64,000 nt of DNA from a virus. Position 1 is the first letter of the stretch. Each line of letters starts with the position of its first letter. The translations under genes and the position numbers were made by a program. The notes under the pieces were generated by a model. It made no database searches, was not told where the DNA came from, and saw only the letters and a program-made list of their open reading frames with translations. The stretch covers positions 118,633 to 182,632 of IMG/VR virus record IMGVR_UViG_3300031414_000008, one strand, 5' to 3'. Positions 17,259-26,535 of this stretch are shown here, piece after piece.

Positions 17259-17852
17259 ATGATTGCTCAGATTGAAACTTACAACGGTGAGTTTTTTAAT
17301 TTAGATCCCAACGATTTCAGCGGGATCAACATCCACAACTTAGGCCACGCCCTGTCCGGCGTAAACCGTTTCAACTCTCACACGAACCGTATGTATTCAG
17401 TCGGTGAGCACTCGATTCACGTGGCGTCTCAGCTGCCACCTGAGTTACAATTAATCGGCCTGCTGCACGACGGCTCTGAAGCTTACATTCAGGATATCCC
17501 GTCACCGTTCAAGCAATTCCTCCCGGACTATGCGGCGATGGAAGAGCTGATCCAGAACAAAGTGTACCGGGCGTTCGGCCTGGACCCTGAGTGGGTTCGG
17601 GGCGTGTACCCTGCAGTGAAGCGTATCGACTCAATGATGTGCCAGGTTGAAGCGACTCACCTGCTCCACTCCGGTGGTGCGGGCTGGGCGGAAGACCACG
17701 GCCACCCGGGCATCTCGTGCCTGACCCCTGAACAAACGGAAGGTCTTTTTATGTGGGCCTACGTTCGAATCACCAAGAAGCAGTACTTTACTGGGCCGCT
17801 GAGCCCGGAATACATTAAGACAATTGTTGGAGACACCAATGCAAGTAACTAA
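17259..17852 (+). CDS. HD-domain 5'-deoxynucleotidase-like (YfbR family)
   Basis: HALS.VNRFNSHT...YSVGEHS, LLHDGSEAYI.DIPSP.K, VK.ID. Confidence 0.88.
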   Translation: MIAQIETYNGEFFNLDPNDFSGINIHNLGHALSGVNRFNSHTNRMYSVGEHSIHVASQLPPELQLIGLLHDGSEAYIQDIPSPFKQFLPDYAAMEELIQNKVYRAFGLDPEWVRGVYPAVKRIDSMMCQVEATHLLHSGGAGWAEDHGHPGISCLTPEQTEGLFMWAYVRITKKQYFTGPLSPEYIKTIVGDTNASN

Positions 17853-20133
17853 GCGTGATGGCCGCCGTGAAGACTACCAATGGGAGAAGATCGAGAAGGT
17901 CATCTCATGGGCCGGTGAAGGCCTCGACGTTTCGACCTCCCAGGTTGAAGTGAACCTGAAGTTGCACATGTACGATGGCATCCCGACTGCTGACGTGCAC
18001 GGCGCCGTCGTGAAGACGATCGCTGACCTGATCTCTGCAGAAGAGCCTGACTACGCGAAGATGGCTGCCCGTGCGGATATCTTCGGCGTTCGCAAAGAGG
18101 TGTACGGCTCGTTCGAACCGATGCACTTCCCACTGTTCGTGAAGTCCATGGTCTCCCGTGGCCTGTACGATGAAGCGATCCTCCGCGACTACGACGACTA
18201 CGAGCTGGACGTCATGGCCGACGCGATCAACCACGGCCTGGACATGACTTACGAATACGCTGCCGTTCAGCAGCTGAAGGGTAAGTACCTGGTTCAGAAC
18301 CGTGTGACTCATCAGCTGTACGAGTCCCCTCAGGCGGCCAACATGATGATCGCTGCGTGCCTGTTCTCTCGCTACGACAAAGCGATCCGCATGGACTACG
18401 TGAAGCGTTTCTACGACGCCCTGTCCACGTTCAAGATCTCCCTGCCGACGCCGATCATGGCCGGTATGCGTACGCCGACTCGCCAGTTCTCCTCGTGTGT
18501 CCTGATTGCCTCCGGGGACTCCCTGAAGTCGATCAACGCGGCGTCCTCTGCGATCGTTGAGTACGTCTCCCAGCGTGCAGGCATTGGCCTGGACATTTCA
18601 CGTATCCGTGCGATCGGTTCTCCAATCCGTGGCGGTGAAGCGAACCACACTGGAGTCATCCCGTTCATCAAGCTCTTCAAAGCGGCTGTGAAGTCCTGTT
18701 CTCAGGGTGGCGTACGTGGTGGTGCAGCGACCCTGTACTATCCGATCTGGCACTATGAAGTTGCAGACCTCCTGGTCCTGAAGAACAACCGCGGGACTGA
18801 ACAGAACCGTGAGCGTCACCTGGACTACGGCGTGCAGATCAACGGCTTCCTGTACAACCGTCTGCTGACACAGGGCAAGATCTCTTGCTTCTCTCCGCAT
18901 GACGTCCCGGGCCTGCTGGATGCGTTCTACGCTGACCAGAAAGAGTTCGCCCGTCTGTACGAGATCTACGAAGCAGACGAGTCGATCCGCCGCAACACGT
19001 ACTCCGCCCAGGAGCTGTTCCTGACGCTGGTCTCTGAGCGTTCCGGTACCGGTCGTATCTACGTGCAGAACGTGGACCACTGCAACACCCACGGTCCGTT
19101 CAATCCGAAGGTTGCTCCGGTTCGTCAGTCTAACCTGTGTGCTGAGATTGCTCTGCCGTCTAAGCCGCTGATTAACATTGAGAATCCGGAAGGTGAGATC
19201 GCTCTGTGTACACTGTCCGCCTTCAACCTCGGCGTTCTGTCCCTGGATGAGATCCCTGAGATGGCAGACCTGATGGTGCGTGCTCTGGATGAACTGCTGG
19301 ACTACCAGGACTACCCTGTCCCGGCGGCAGAGAAGTCCACGATGTACCGCCGTCCGTTGGGCGTGGGCGTGATCAACTACGCGTACTGGCTGGCGAAGCA
19401 AGGCCTGAAGTACTCCGACGGCTCTGCGAACAACGCCACACACCGCCTCTTCGAGAAGATCCAGTACTCCCTGATGTGGGCGTCGGTGAACCTCGCTAAG
19501 GAGAAGGGTGCATGCCCAGGCTTCCACGAGACGAAGATGGCTCAGGGTATTCTTCCGATCGACACGTACAAGCGTGACGTTGACGCCGTCGTCGACAACC
19601 GTCTGTACTGCGACTGGGAGTCTCTGCGTGCGGCAATCAAAGAGCACGGCGTCCGTAACTCTACCGTCTCCGCTCTGATGCCGTCCGAGACCTCCTCTCA
19701 GATCTCCAACGCCACCAACGGTATCGAACCGCCACGTGGTCTGGTCTCTGTGAAGCAGTCGAAGGATGGCGTGCTGAAGCAAGTCGTTCCGGAAATCGAG
19801 CGTCTCGCCGATGCGTACGAGCTCCTGTGGGATATGCCTAGCAACACCGGCTACATCCAGCTCGTGGGTATCATGCAGAAGTTCATCGATCAGACGATCT
19901 CTGCGAACACCAACTACGATCCAGCGAAGTTCCCGAACGGTAAAGTGCCGGCGATGGTGGTCCTGAAGGACTTGATCGACGGTTACAAGCTGGGCGTGAA
20001 GACCTGGTACTACCACAACACCCGCGACGGCTCCGACGACGGCACTACCTCCGGTAACCCAGAGTCTGGTGCTCCAGCGATCCTACCACCGATTGAGGAC
20101 GATGGCTGCGAAAGCGGCGCGTGCAAGATCTAA
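17839..20133 (+). CDS. nrdA: ribonucleoside-diphosphate reductase class Ia alpha subunit (with ATP cone)
   Basis: VTKRDG ATP-cone start; TPTRQFSSCVL, QGGVRGGAAT, QSNLCAEI, KTWYY, C-terminal CESGACKI. Confidence 0.98.
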   Translation: MQVTKRDGRREDYQWEKIEKVISWAGEGLDVSTSQVEVNLKLHMYDGIPTADVHGAVVKTIADLISAEEPDYAKMAARADIFGVRKEVYGSFEPMHFPLFVKSMVSRGLYDEAILRDYDDYELDVMADAINHGLDMTYEYAAVQQLKGKYLVQNRVTHQLYESPQAANMMIAACLFSRYDKAIRMDYVKRFYDALSTFKISLPTPIMAGMRTPTRQFSSCVLIASGDSLKSINAASSAIVEYVSQRAGIGLDISRIRAIGSPIRGGEANHTGVIPFIKLFKAAVKSCSQGGVRGGAATLYYPIWHYEVADLLVLKNNRGTEQNRERHLDYGVQINGFLYNRLLTQGKISCFSPHDVPGLLDAFYADQKEFARLYEIYEADESIRRNTYSAQELFLTLVSERSGTGRIYVQNVDHCNTHGPFNPKVAPVRQSNLCAEIALPSKPLINIENPEGEIALCTLSAFNLGVLSLDEIPEMADLMVRALDELLDYQDYPVPAAEKSTMYRRPLGVGVINYAYWLAKQGLKYSDGSANNATHRLFEKIQYSLMWASVNLAKEKGACPGFHETKMAQGILPIDTYKRDVDAVVDNRLYCDWESLRAAIKEHGVRNSTVSALMPSETSSQISNATNGIEPPRGLVSVKQSKDGVLKQVVPEIERLADAYELLWDMPSNTGYIQLVGIMQKFIDQTISANTNYDPAKFPNGKVPAMVVLKDLIDGYKLGVKTWYYHNTRDGSDDGTTSGNPESGAPAILPPIEDDGCESGACKI

Positions 20134-20136
20134 CAG

Positions 20137-20160
20137 AGGGCCCTCCGGGGCCCTTTCTCT
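20137..20160 (+). terminator. Rho-independent terminator
   Basis: agggccc-tcc-ggggccctttctct. Confidence 0.75.
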
Positions 20161-20170
20161 TGGAGGCAAT

Positions 20171-20443
20171 ATGGGTTTACCTGTCACAATTTACCATCGT
20201 CCGAACGGTCGGCAAGAGAACATCATCTGCAATAACATCAACGATGACGATGCTCAGTGGTTCCAGGACCACAACGTTAAAGTCTCGATGGAAGAATCCG
20301 GTTCCGGCGGTCACATCCTCTATGCCGATTACGGTGCGGCGGATGAAGACGGCGAGCCGGATGAGGTTATCGTCGTGACTCACCGTTCGTGTGAGGAAGC
20401 GATGGCGGAACTCCGTCGATTGACTGAAAAAGCTATGGCCTAA
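20171..20443 (+). CDS. hypothetical protein
   Basis: start MGLPVT after ggagg RBS. Confidence 0.75.
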   Translation: MGLPVTIYHRPNGRQENIICNNINDDDAQWFQDHNVKVSMEESGSGGHILYADYGAADEDGEPDEVIVVTHRSCEEAMAELRRLTEKAMA

Positions 20444-20445
20444 CC

Positions 20446-20730
20446 ATGCGTAAGTTTGAATTTAGTGAACAAGAAGACCTGTTACATATCAGGCATGCGG
20501 CGAGGATCTACTTCCGCATTAAGAACTACAACGAGCCCCGCTTCAAGTCCGTGACTGACGAGAAGATCGAGGTAATCGTGGATCCGGAGACGATTCTGGT
20601 AGTCTCGGCGATCGGAGATGATGTATACTGCCACTTCCGCAACGCACAGACTGGTAAGTGCAGCGTCAACTTCAATAACCCGGCGCTTGCCGTGGTGAGC
20701 TATAAACGAGGAATAACCTATGCCATTTAA
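20446..20730 (+). CDS. hypothetical protein
   Basis: 94 aa in operon. Confidence 0.65.
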   Translation: MRKFEFSEQEDLLHIRHAARIYFRIKNYNEPRFKSVTDEKIEVIVDPETILVVSAIGDDVYCHFRNAQTGKCSVNFNNPALAVVSYKRGITYAI

Positions 20731-21343
20731 CAAAGTTCATGAAATCCAGGACGACGCTTCCGCGTATCCGTACATGGATAAAGTCCACTTGACCCGTGCC
20801 GGCTTGATGCTGAACACGCTGGACAAGTGCATCGCTGTACCGTTGTCCGATGATGACGTGAACCGTCTCGGGGAGCTGCCGGTCAGTAGCACCCTGTCGA
20901 TCGAAGCCGCTCGTGAGCTCGGTCCTGTACTCCTGCAGTTCGAAGGTCAGCGCGACGAAGCCGGTCGTTTCATTATCGGTGTCCTGATGGTGCCGATGAA
21001 CGAGGTCGACCAGATCCACTGCTACCCGTACTCCAACAACAACGAACAGCACAAGATGTGGCCGTACGACAAGCACTTCATGATTTCCAACCTGGGCGAC
21101 CTGGCGGACATCAAAGTGCAGGCCCGCAACACTCACCCGCTGGCTGCTGAAGCTGAGCTGGATGAGAAGGGTAAGGCTCACATGTCGGCGCTGTCGGCGA
21201 TCGTTGTGAAGTTCCTGTTCGCTGTTCAGCAAGATTCCCTGCATCTCATCCAGGAGACCAAGGATTACACCAAGCTGAACAAGAAGCGTAAAGACGCGAA
21301 GAAAAACCTGATCAAACCTGACTACCTTCCGGAGTGGAAATGA
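20720..21343 (+). CDS. hypothetical protein
   Basis: 207 aa, gagga RBS. Confidence 0.8.
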   Translation: MPFNKVHEIQDDASAYPYMDKVHLTRAGLMLNTLDKCIAVPLSDDDVNRLGELPVSSTLSIEAARELGPVLLQFEGQRDEAGRFIIGVLMVPMNEVDQIHCYPYSNNNEQHKMWPYDKHFMISNLGDLADIKVQARNTHPLAAEAELDEKGKAHMSALSAIVVKFLFAVQQDSLHLIQETKDYTKLNKKRKDAKKNLIKPDYLPEWK

Positions 21344-21867
21344 ACTATAACGCATACCGTGAATTAATCCTTGGCTGGGCCCGTGACCGTAACCTGATCG
21401 AAGGATCTACTCCGGAAAAACAACTGGATAAACTCTTCGAAGAAGTAGGTGAGTATGCCGGCTCCTCCGCTCGCTCCAGCGTTCCGGAAAAACGTGAAGA
21501 GATGCTCGTGAAGATGCAGGACGGCCTGGGTGATGTCTTCGTAGTGGCCTGCATCATGGCCGAACAGATGGGTGTCGAACTGAACTTCGATGAAATGGAA
21601 GAGTACACCGAAGAAGGCCGTAACGGCGTGATGTACTTGACCATGGGCTGCCTGGCAGGTCTGGTCGAAGCAGAACACCAAGGCATCAACGATACCTCGC
21701 TGGCTGACTTCCCTGAACACTTCTACTTCGCCGTAGCGACTGCCGCGGCAGTGGCCAAGCGTAATGGTTTCGACTTCCTGGAGTGCATTGACATGGCCTG
21801 GAACGAGATCAAAGATCGTAAAGGCCGCATGGTTGACGGCGTGTTCGTGAAGGAGGCGGATCTGTGA
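21340..21867 (+). CDS. mazG: MazG-like nucleotide pyrophosphohydrolase
   Basis: WARDRNL, KL.EEVGE, DGLGDVFV, CIDMAWNEIKDRKG.MVDGVFVKE. Confidence 0.9.
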   Translation: MNYNAYRELILGWARDRNLIEGSTPEKQLDKLFEEVGEYAGSSARSSVPEKREEMLVKMQDGLGDVFVVACIMAEQMGVELNFDEMEEYTEEGRNGVMYLTMGCLAGLVEAEHQGINDTSLADFPEHFYFAVATAAAVAKRNGFDFLECIDMAWNEIKDRKGRMVDGVFVKEADL

Positions 21868-23054
21868 GTTTCTCCACCTTTACTCAGCAAGACGTTAACC
21901 ACCTGACGGAGCCGATGTTCTTCGGTCACGGTCTGAACGTTGCCCGCTACGACCTGCTGAAGTATCCGCACGTGGACGAGCAGTTCACGCAGAAAGAGCT
22001 GGGCTTCTTCTGGCGTCCGGAAGAGGTTGACGTGTCCAAGGACCGCATCGACTTCCAGGCCCTGCCGGCGAACGAGAAGCACATCTTCACATCCAACCTG
22101 AAGTACCAGACGCTGCTCGACTCCATCCAGGGTCGTGGCCTGTCTCAGGCGTTCGGCAAGATCATCACCCTTCCGGAAATGGAGGCATGGTTCAAGGCGT
22201 GGGAATTCTTCGAGGGCATCCACTCTCGTTCCTACACCCACATCATCCGCAACCTGTATCCGGATCCAGGTGTGATCTTCGACGACATCGTGTTTAACGA
22301 GAACATCTCGGCCCGCACGCTGGACCTGACGGACAACTATGATCGTTTCATCAAAACGGTGGACATGTGGTCACTGTTCGGTGAGGGTGAATTCACAGTT
22401 ACCCGTCCGTCCAGCAAAGTAGAACGTCTGCTGCTGCCGCCGGGTTCGCACACGATTAAGACTGTCGGTAAGATCGATGTGTCTATGCCTCAGATGATGG
22501 CCGATGCGTACTACCTGTTGGCTGACATCAACGTGCTGGAAGCGATCCGTTTCTACGTGTCGTTTGCCTGCTCGTTTGCGTTCAACGAACGTGGCCTGAT
22601 GGAGGGCAACGCGAAGGTCATCAAGTTCATTCTGCGTGACGAAGCGCTGCACAAGACCTCTACGACCTGGATGCTGAACACCCTGGCGTCCGGTGCCGAA
22701 GGTCAAGAGTGGGCGAAGATCGCTCGTGAAGTGAAAACCCGCATCACCGCACTGTTTGCCTCTGCTGCAGAGCAGGAAATTCAGTGGGCGAAGTACCTGT
22801 TCAAAGACGGTGCGATGCCGGGCATCAACCTGGAAGTGATCACGAAGTACATCCAGTACATCGTTGACCGCAACCTGGAGCTGCTCGGCCTGCCTCCGTA
22901 CTACGGCGTGAAGAAGAACCCAATGCCGTGGATGAACACGTACACCAACTCTGACAACGTTCAAGTGGCCCCTCAGGAAGTCGAAGTGTCTTCCTACATT
23001 ACGGCCGGCCTTGACGTGTCTGATCTCGGCGGTCTCAGCGGTCTCTCCCTGTAA
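21864..23054 (+). CDS. nrdB: ribonucleoside-diphosphate reductase class Ia beta subunit
   Basis: FFWRPEEVD.SKD, QTLLDSIQGR, E.IHSRSYTHI, LEAIRFYVSFACSFAF, RDEALH, QVAPQEVE. Confidence 0.98.
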   Translation: MSFSTFTQQDVNHLTEPMFFGHGLNVARYDLLKYPHVDEQFTQKELGFFWRPEEVDVSKDRIDFQALPANEKHIFTSNLKYQTLLDSIQGRGLSQAFGKIITLPEMEAWFKAWEFFEGIHSRSYTHIIRNLYPDPGVIFDDIVFNENISARTLDLTDNYDRFIKTVDMWSLFGEGEFTVTRPSSKVERLLLPPGSHTIKTVGKIDVSMPQMMADAYYLLADINVLEAIRFYVSFACSFAFNERGLMEGNAKVIKFILRDEALHKTSTTWMLNTLASGAEGQEWAKIAREVKTRITALFASAAEQEIQWAKYLFKDGAMPGINLEVITKYIQYIVDRNLELLGLPPYYGVKKNPMPWMNTYTNSDNVQVAPQEVEVSSYITAGLDVSDLGGLSGLSL

Positions 23055-23118
23055 CCGCTTCGGTCCAGGGACGGACCATTTACCGGTATAAGAATACTGT
23101 AGAGATAAAGGAGCACTT

Positions 23119-23673
23119 ATGTTTAACAAAGAAGTCTTGAACAACCGCCTCCAAAACGGTTGTCTTGCGGCTATCGGGACTGCACCGATAGTTGGTTTAG
23201 CGTCGTATAAAGTTCTCGAGGATCTCAAACTCGATCGTGACCTTGGCAAAATCGTCAAGTTCACCGTTCTCGTGTCTCTCATCTCTGGCTTAATTTGGTC
23301 TGCCTTCCCCGCCTCCCGCCGTAAGCCTTCAGAAACCGATGAAGAAGCTGTCCGTGAAGCCTTCGCTCCGAAGATGCTCATCACGATCAGTGAACACATC
23401 AAAGATGCTGAAGATGCCTACATCGTGAGCCTGCAGAAAGACCGTAAGGAAGCCGAAAAGAAATCCGGTGGCGTGGCGTACTTGGAGTCGCGTCGTGAGA
23501 GTTCATTCCCAGGGTATCGTAAAGATGACCCGCTTGATAAAGAACCGACGGTTGAGTATCGGAATCCCCTGCGGACCGGTGCCTTGAACACGTACCGTTC
23601 GTCCATCATGAACGATGAAACCTCCCGGGTAAACATTTCCACAGTACTGTTGGCTGATGACACTGATGACTAA
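23119..23673 (+). CDS. hypothetical membrane-anchored protein
   Basis: promoter motif at 23085, aaggag RBS, N-terminal hydrophobic segments. Confidence 0.7.
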   Translation: MFNKEVLNNRLQNGCLAAIGTAPIVGLASYKVLEDLKLDRDLGKIVKFTVLVSLISGLIWSAFPASRRKPSETDEEAVREAFAPKMLITISEHIKDAEDAYIVSLQKDRKEAEKKSGGVAYLESRRESSFPGYRKDDPLDKEPTVEYRNPLRTGALNTYRSSIMNDETSRVNISTVLLADDTDD

Positions 23674-24022
23674 ATCAACTGTAACCCTCGAGCTCCGGGT
23701 CGTCGAGGGGACCCGAATCAAAGGTTGGGGCGAAGACGCTGTCTATGAATATAATCTTCGTCATGATAAACTGACCAGCGAATTGAAGTTCCGTTGTAAG
23801 CGTAAGGATCTTGAGGACATCCTCAAGGACATGGGAGCGAACCTTGACAAGTTCGACGACGTATCCGAAGTCTCAATGGTAGACGTGGGCGATGAACTGT
23901 CTCGCTCATCAACCGGTATGCCGCTCTCAGAGAGGGAACAGAAAGAATTATCTGGTATGCTGACACCAAGCAAACCCGTGAAGAATCAACCAAATACAGG
24001 CTTCAAGATCAAACTTAGTTGA
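23657..24022 (+). CDS. hypothetical protein
   Basis: 121 aa. Confidence 0.65.
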   Translation: MTLMTKSTVTLELRVVEGTRIKGWGEDAVYEYNLRHDKLTSELKFRCKRKDLEDILKDMGANLDKFDDVSEVSMVDVGDELSRSSTGMPLSEREQKELSGMLTPSKPVKNQPNTGFKIKLS

Positions 24023-24095
24023 TCTGTAGCCAAAAAACAGGAGATTGACTCTCCTGTTTTTTACCCCTAAAATGCCCATAAGAGGAGTCTTAACA

Positions 24096-24689
24096 ATGCC
24101 GAAACTTATCGTAGGAATTAACGGCCTTGCCCAGCACGGCAAGGATACCAGCGCTGCCTTCTTGCAGAACTACCTGAAGATCTGTGGCTACTCGTGCGAC
24201 ATCATCGCCTTCGCCAAGCCGATCAAAGAGCTCTGCAAGTATGTCTTTGACATGACCGAAGAGGACGTGAACACGTCTGCCGGTAAGAAACGCGTCATGG
24301 AACACGCCTACGGCCTGACTTCTCGCCAGGTTCAGCAGAAAATGGGTACGGAAGCTTTCCGTGACGTTTTCGACCAGCGGATCTGGACTGATTTTTTCGC
24401 CCGAAGTGCAGCGAAATCCGAGGCTGACGTCATCGCGATCCCGGACATGCGTTTCGACAATGAGATCGACTTCGTGAAGCTCCTGCCGACAACCCACGGC
24501 TGGTCGCACGCGACAGTGAAGGTCTTTAACCCTAATGTATCTGCCCAGGCGCCGGCCCACATCTCCGAAAAACCCCAACCCGATGACAAGTTTGATGCAA
24601 TCATCCTGAACAACGGGACACTGGGAGACCTTCAATGTGCAGTCGAGCAATGGGCGGATGACAAAATCCTCCCGAGGCTCTATGCTTAA
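24096..24689 (+). CDS. deoxynucleoside monophosphate kinase
   Basis: GLAQHGKDT P-loop, FAKPIK, RQ..QKMGTE.FR, IPDMRF.NE, HISE, I.NNGTL. Confidence 0.92.
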   Translation: MPKLIVGINGLAQHGKDTSAAFLQNYLKICGYSCDIIAFAKPIKELCKYVFDMTEEDVNTSAGKKRVMEHAYGLTSRQVQQKMGTEAFRDVFDQRIWTDFFARSAAKSEADVIAIPDMRFDNEIDFVKLLPTTHGWSHATVKVFNPNVSAQAPAHISEKPQPDDKFDAIILNNGTLGDLQCAVEQWADDKILPRLYA

Positions 24690-25203
24690 TATTACTAACC
24701 GGACGCCCCTCGCGGGCGTCAAACTCTTCGAAAGCTCCACGTACCCCGCCGATGGCATTGATCTGTATTGGCGTGATAACTCGCCGATTATGTTCGAGAT
24801 TTCCGATAATCCAGACCGCGGCCAAATGTACCAGAATTTTTTAGCCCACATTCAATCCAGTATCAAACCCCTGAACGCCCAGTATTTCGAACACCAAGAC
24901 CAATTCGTTATCGTCGCCGAGTTTCTGTTCTTCAAGTCCCACTTCTGGGCAACAGTAGACCGCGATATCGTCACCCTCCATCGTACCAAACCGATCCTCC
25001 ATGAAGAATTTGAAGAAAAACCTGAAGAGCTCAGCAAACTGCTATTTGAAGTGTTCTCCCTGAATGTCGAAGAAGCACTGCTTGCCACGAGTTTCTCGCC
25101 GGTGGACTTAGCCTGGCTGTTGGGGTTCTGGGGAAATGGGATAGGATTCTATCAGGAAGAGATCTGGACAGCCGCCCTAAGACGGCTTCCGGTTACTTCT
25201 TAA
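24682..25203 (+). CDS. hypothetical protein
   Basis: last gene of the + strand block; converges on the holin-like gene. Confidence 0.65.
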   Translation: MLNITNRTPLAGVKLFESSTYPADGIDLYWRDNSPIMFEISDNPDRGQMYQNFLAHIQSSIKPLNAQYFEHQDQFVIVAEFLFFKSHFWATVDRDIVTLHRTKPILHEEFEEKPEELSKLLFEVFSLNVEEALLATSFSPVDLAWLLGFWGNGIGFYQEEIWTAALRRLPVTS

Positions 25204-25696
25204 GTTTTGCCGGCACTACCGTCGGTGTCTTCACGGAACCGAAGTAGTAGCTGATGACCGTCATCCATGCCGTGCTCAGGGAACCGAGCATGATGTTGAC
25301 GATGTTCATGCTGTCTGCCGGGATTGGCACGAAGATCAGCATGAAGATAATTGCAAAGAGGCCACCCGTCACGACTGCTGCCAGTACGGCCGGTGTCCGG
25401 TCTCTTAGCGTCATCTCACGTTCCCGAGCGTTCGCGACGTCCTTTAGCAGAGCGTCATCGATGTTCAGGGCTGCGAGCGACTTCTTGAACTCTTCATCCA
25501 GAGCGATCAGCTTGGCCAACATCTCTGGGGTTTGAGCCCCGATCACTTCACTCAGTGCAGCGTCCGCGTCTTCTACCGGTCCTTCAACCAGTCTCCCGAC
25601 GAGGAACGCCACCGCCACCCCGGACAGCGGGCCCTGGAGCACGTGCCCCAGAGTCGGTGCGATCCGTGTAACGAAGGCCTTCCAATCAAAGTTCAT
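25193..25696 (-). CDS. putative holin (3TM holin-like)
   Basis: IAPTLG..L.GPL.G.A, D..NAR.RE, two C-terminal TMs, ending YYFGS. Confidence 0.75.
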   Translation of the reverse strand: MNFDWKAFVTRIAPTLGHVLQGPLSGVAVAFLVGRLVEGPVEDADAALSEVIGAQTPEMLAKLIALDEEFKKSLAALNIDDALLKDVANAREREMTLRDRTPAVLAAVVTGGLFAIIFMLIFVPIPADSMNIVNIMLGSLSTAWMTVISYYFGSVKTPTVVPAKLKK

Positions 25697-26048
25697 ATTC
25701 CTCGACCTCGTCTGCAGAATCCGCAGAGTACTGATCGACTAACATCTTGAAGGTCTCCTTCATGTGATTGGCGGCGTTGATCTGATCCCGCGGCGAGTCG
25801 GCCTTGACCAGACCCTCACGGTACAGCGTGTAGCGGGACCCGAAGTTCGACTTCTTGTCCGGGTTGTACACTTTCAACTTGGCCATATCCTTCGGAAGAG
25901 CGATCCCGACGTAGTCCGCCAGTCCTCCCTTGTCGTCCTTTTCGTAAATGAAGATCTCGGCGGGGAGATCACTCCCCTCCTTGACCGTTCCTAGCACCTC
26001 GTACTTCCCTGCACGAAAGCGTGTCGAGATCACGAGCGTATTAGGCAT
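25686..26048 (-). CDS. hypothetical virion-associated protein
   Basis: 120 aa in structural operon. Confidence 0.7.
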   Translation of the reverse strand: MPNTLVISTRFRAGKYEVLGTVKEGSDLPAEIFIYEKDDKGGLADYVGIALPKDMAKLKVYNPDKKSNFGSRYTLYREGLVKADSPRDQINAANHMKETFKMLVDQYSADSADEVEEYEL

Positions 26049-26535
26049 ACAGGATTCTCCACCAGAATTGCAGTGAGAAGGAGTCTACCTTCGGTACACT
26101 GCGGAACGTCTTGATGTTGAACATATCGCCGGACTGCTTAAAGAGCCCCACTTCGGAGATGTTCTCACCGTTCGCTTCATCCGGACCGAGCACGAAGTCG
26201 ACCGTGATGTAGTCCTGAGGGTCGGTGATGGCCGACGGAATGATACTCAGGTTACGGTTGTACGTGGTGATCGGTGAGTACAGGTCGTTCAGCGTCGGAT
26301 CTGGGCGCTTAGGCTTGCGGCCCAACGTGTCGTACGTACCGCCGTTCCCGATCTTGAAGGAGTCGATCAGGTTCGGCTTCGCGTCTTTATCCCAGAGGAA
26401 GCTCAGGTGCTCACGCTTCGCGGCACGGACGATCAGGTTCTTCTCCTCGACGAGGCGCTCGCGGCGCCCGTCATTCCACACTCGGTCGACGATCAGGAAC
26501 CCGTCCAGTACGTCTTTCTTGTCACTCAGTTTCAT
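26041..26535 (-). CDS. baseplate/tail-fibre attachment-like protein
   Basis: KNLIV, IG.GG, EANG..ISEVGLF...G.MF..KTF..VPK motif typical of myophage baseplate/fibre N-domains. Confidence 0.7.
   Translation of the reverse strand: MKLSDKKDVLDGFLIVDRVWNDGRRERLVEEKNLIVRAAKREHLSFLWDKDAKPNLIDSFKIGNGGTYDTLGRKPKRPDPTLNDLYSPITTYNRNLSIIPSAITDPQDYITVDFVLGPDEANGENISEVGLFKQSGDMFNIKTFRSVPKVDSFSLQFWWRILYA

Noticed and set aside
18598-20016. Long antisense ORFs (e.g. 18598..20016, 22371..23402, 56093..57049, 37686..38675)
   Set aside because: They shadow well-identified genes on the opposite strand, as expected from GC-rich codon bias; no RBS or motifs
17839-23054. Intron/intein in nrdA or nrdB
   Set aside because: Lengths and motif order match uninterrupted class Ia subunits
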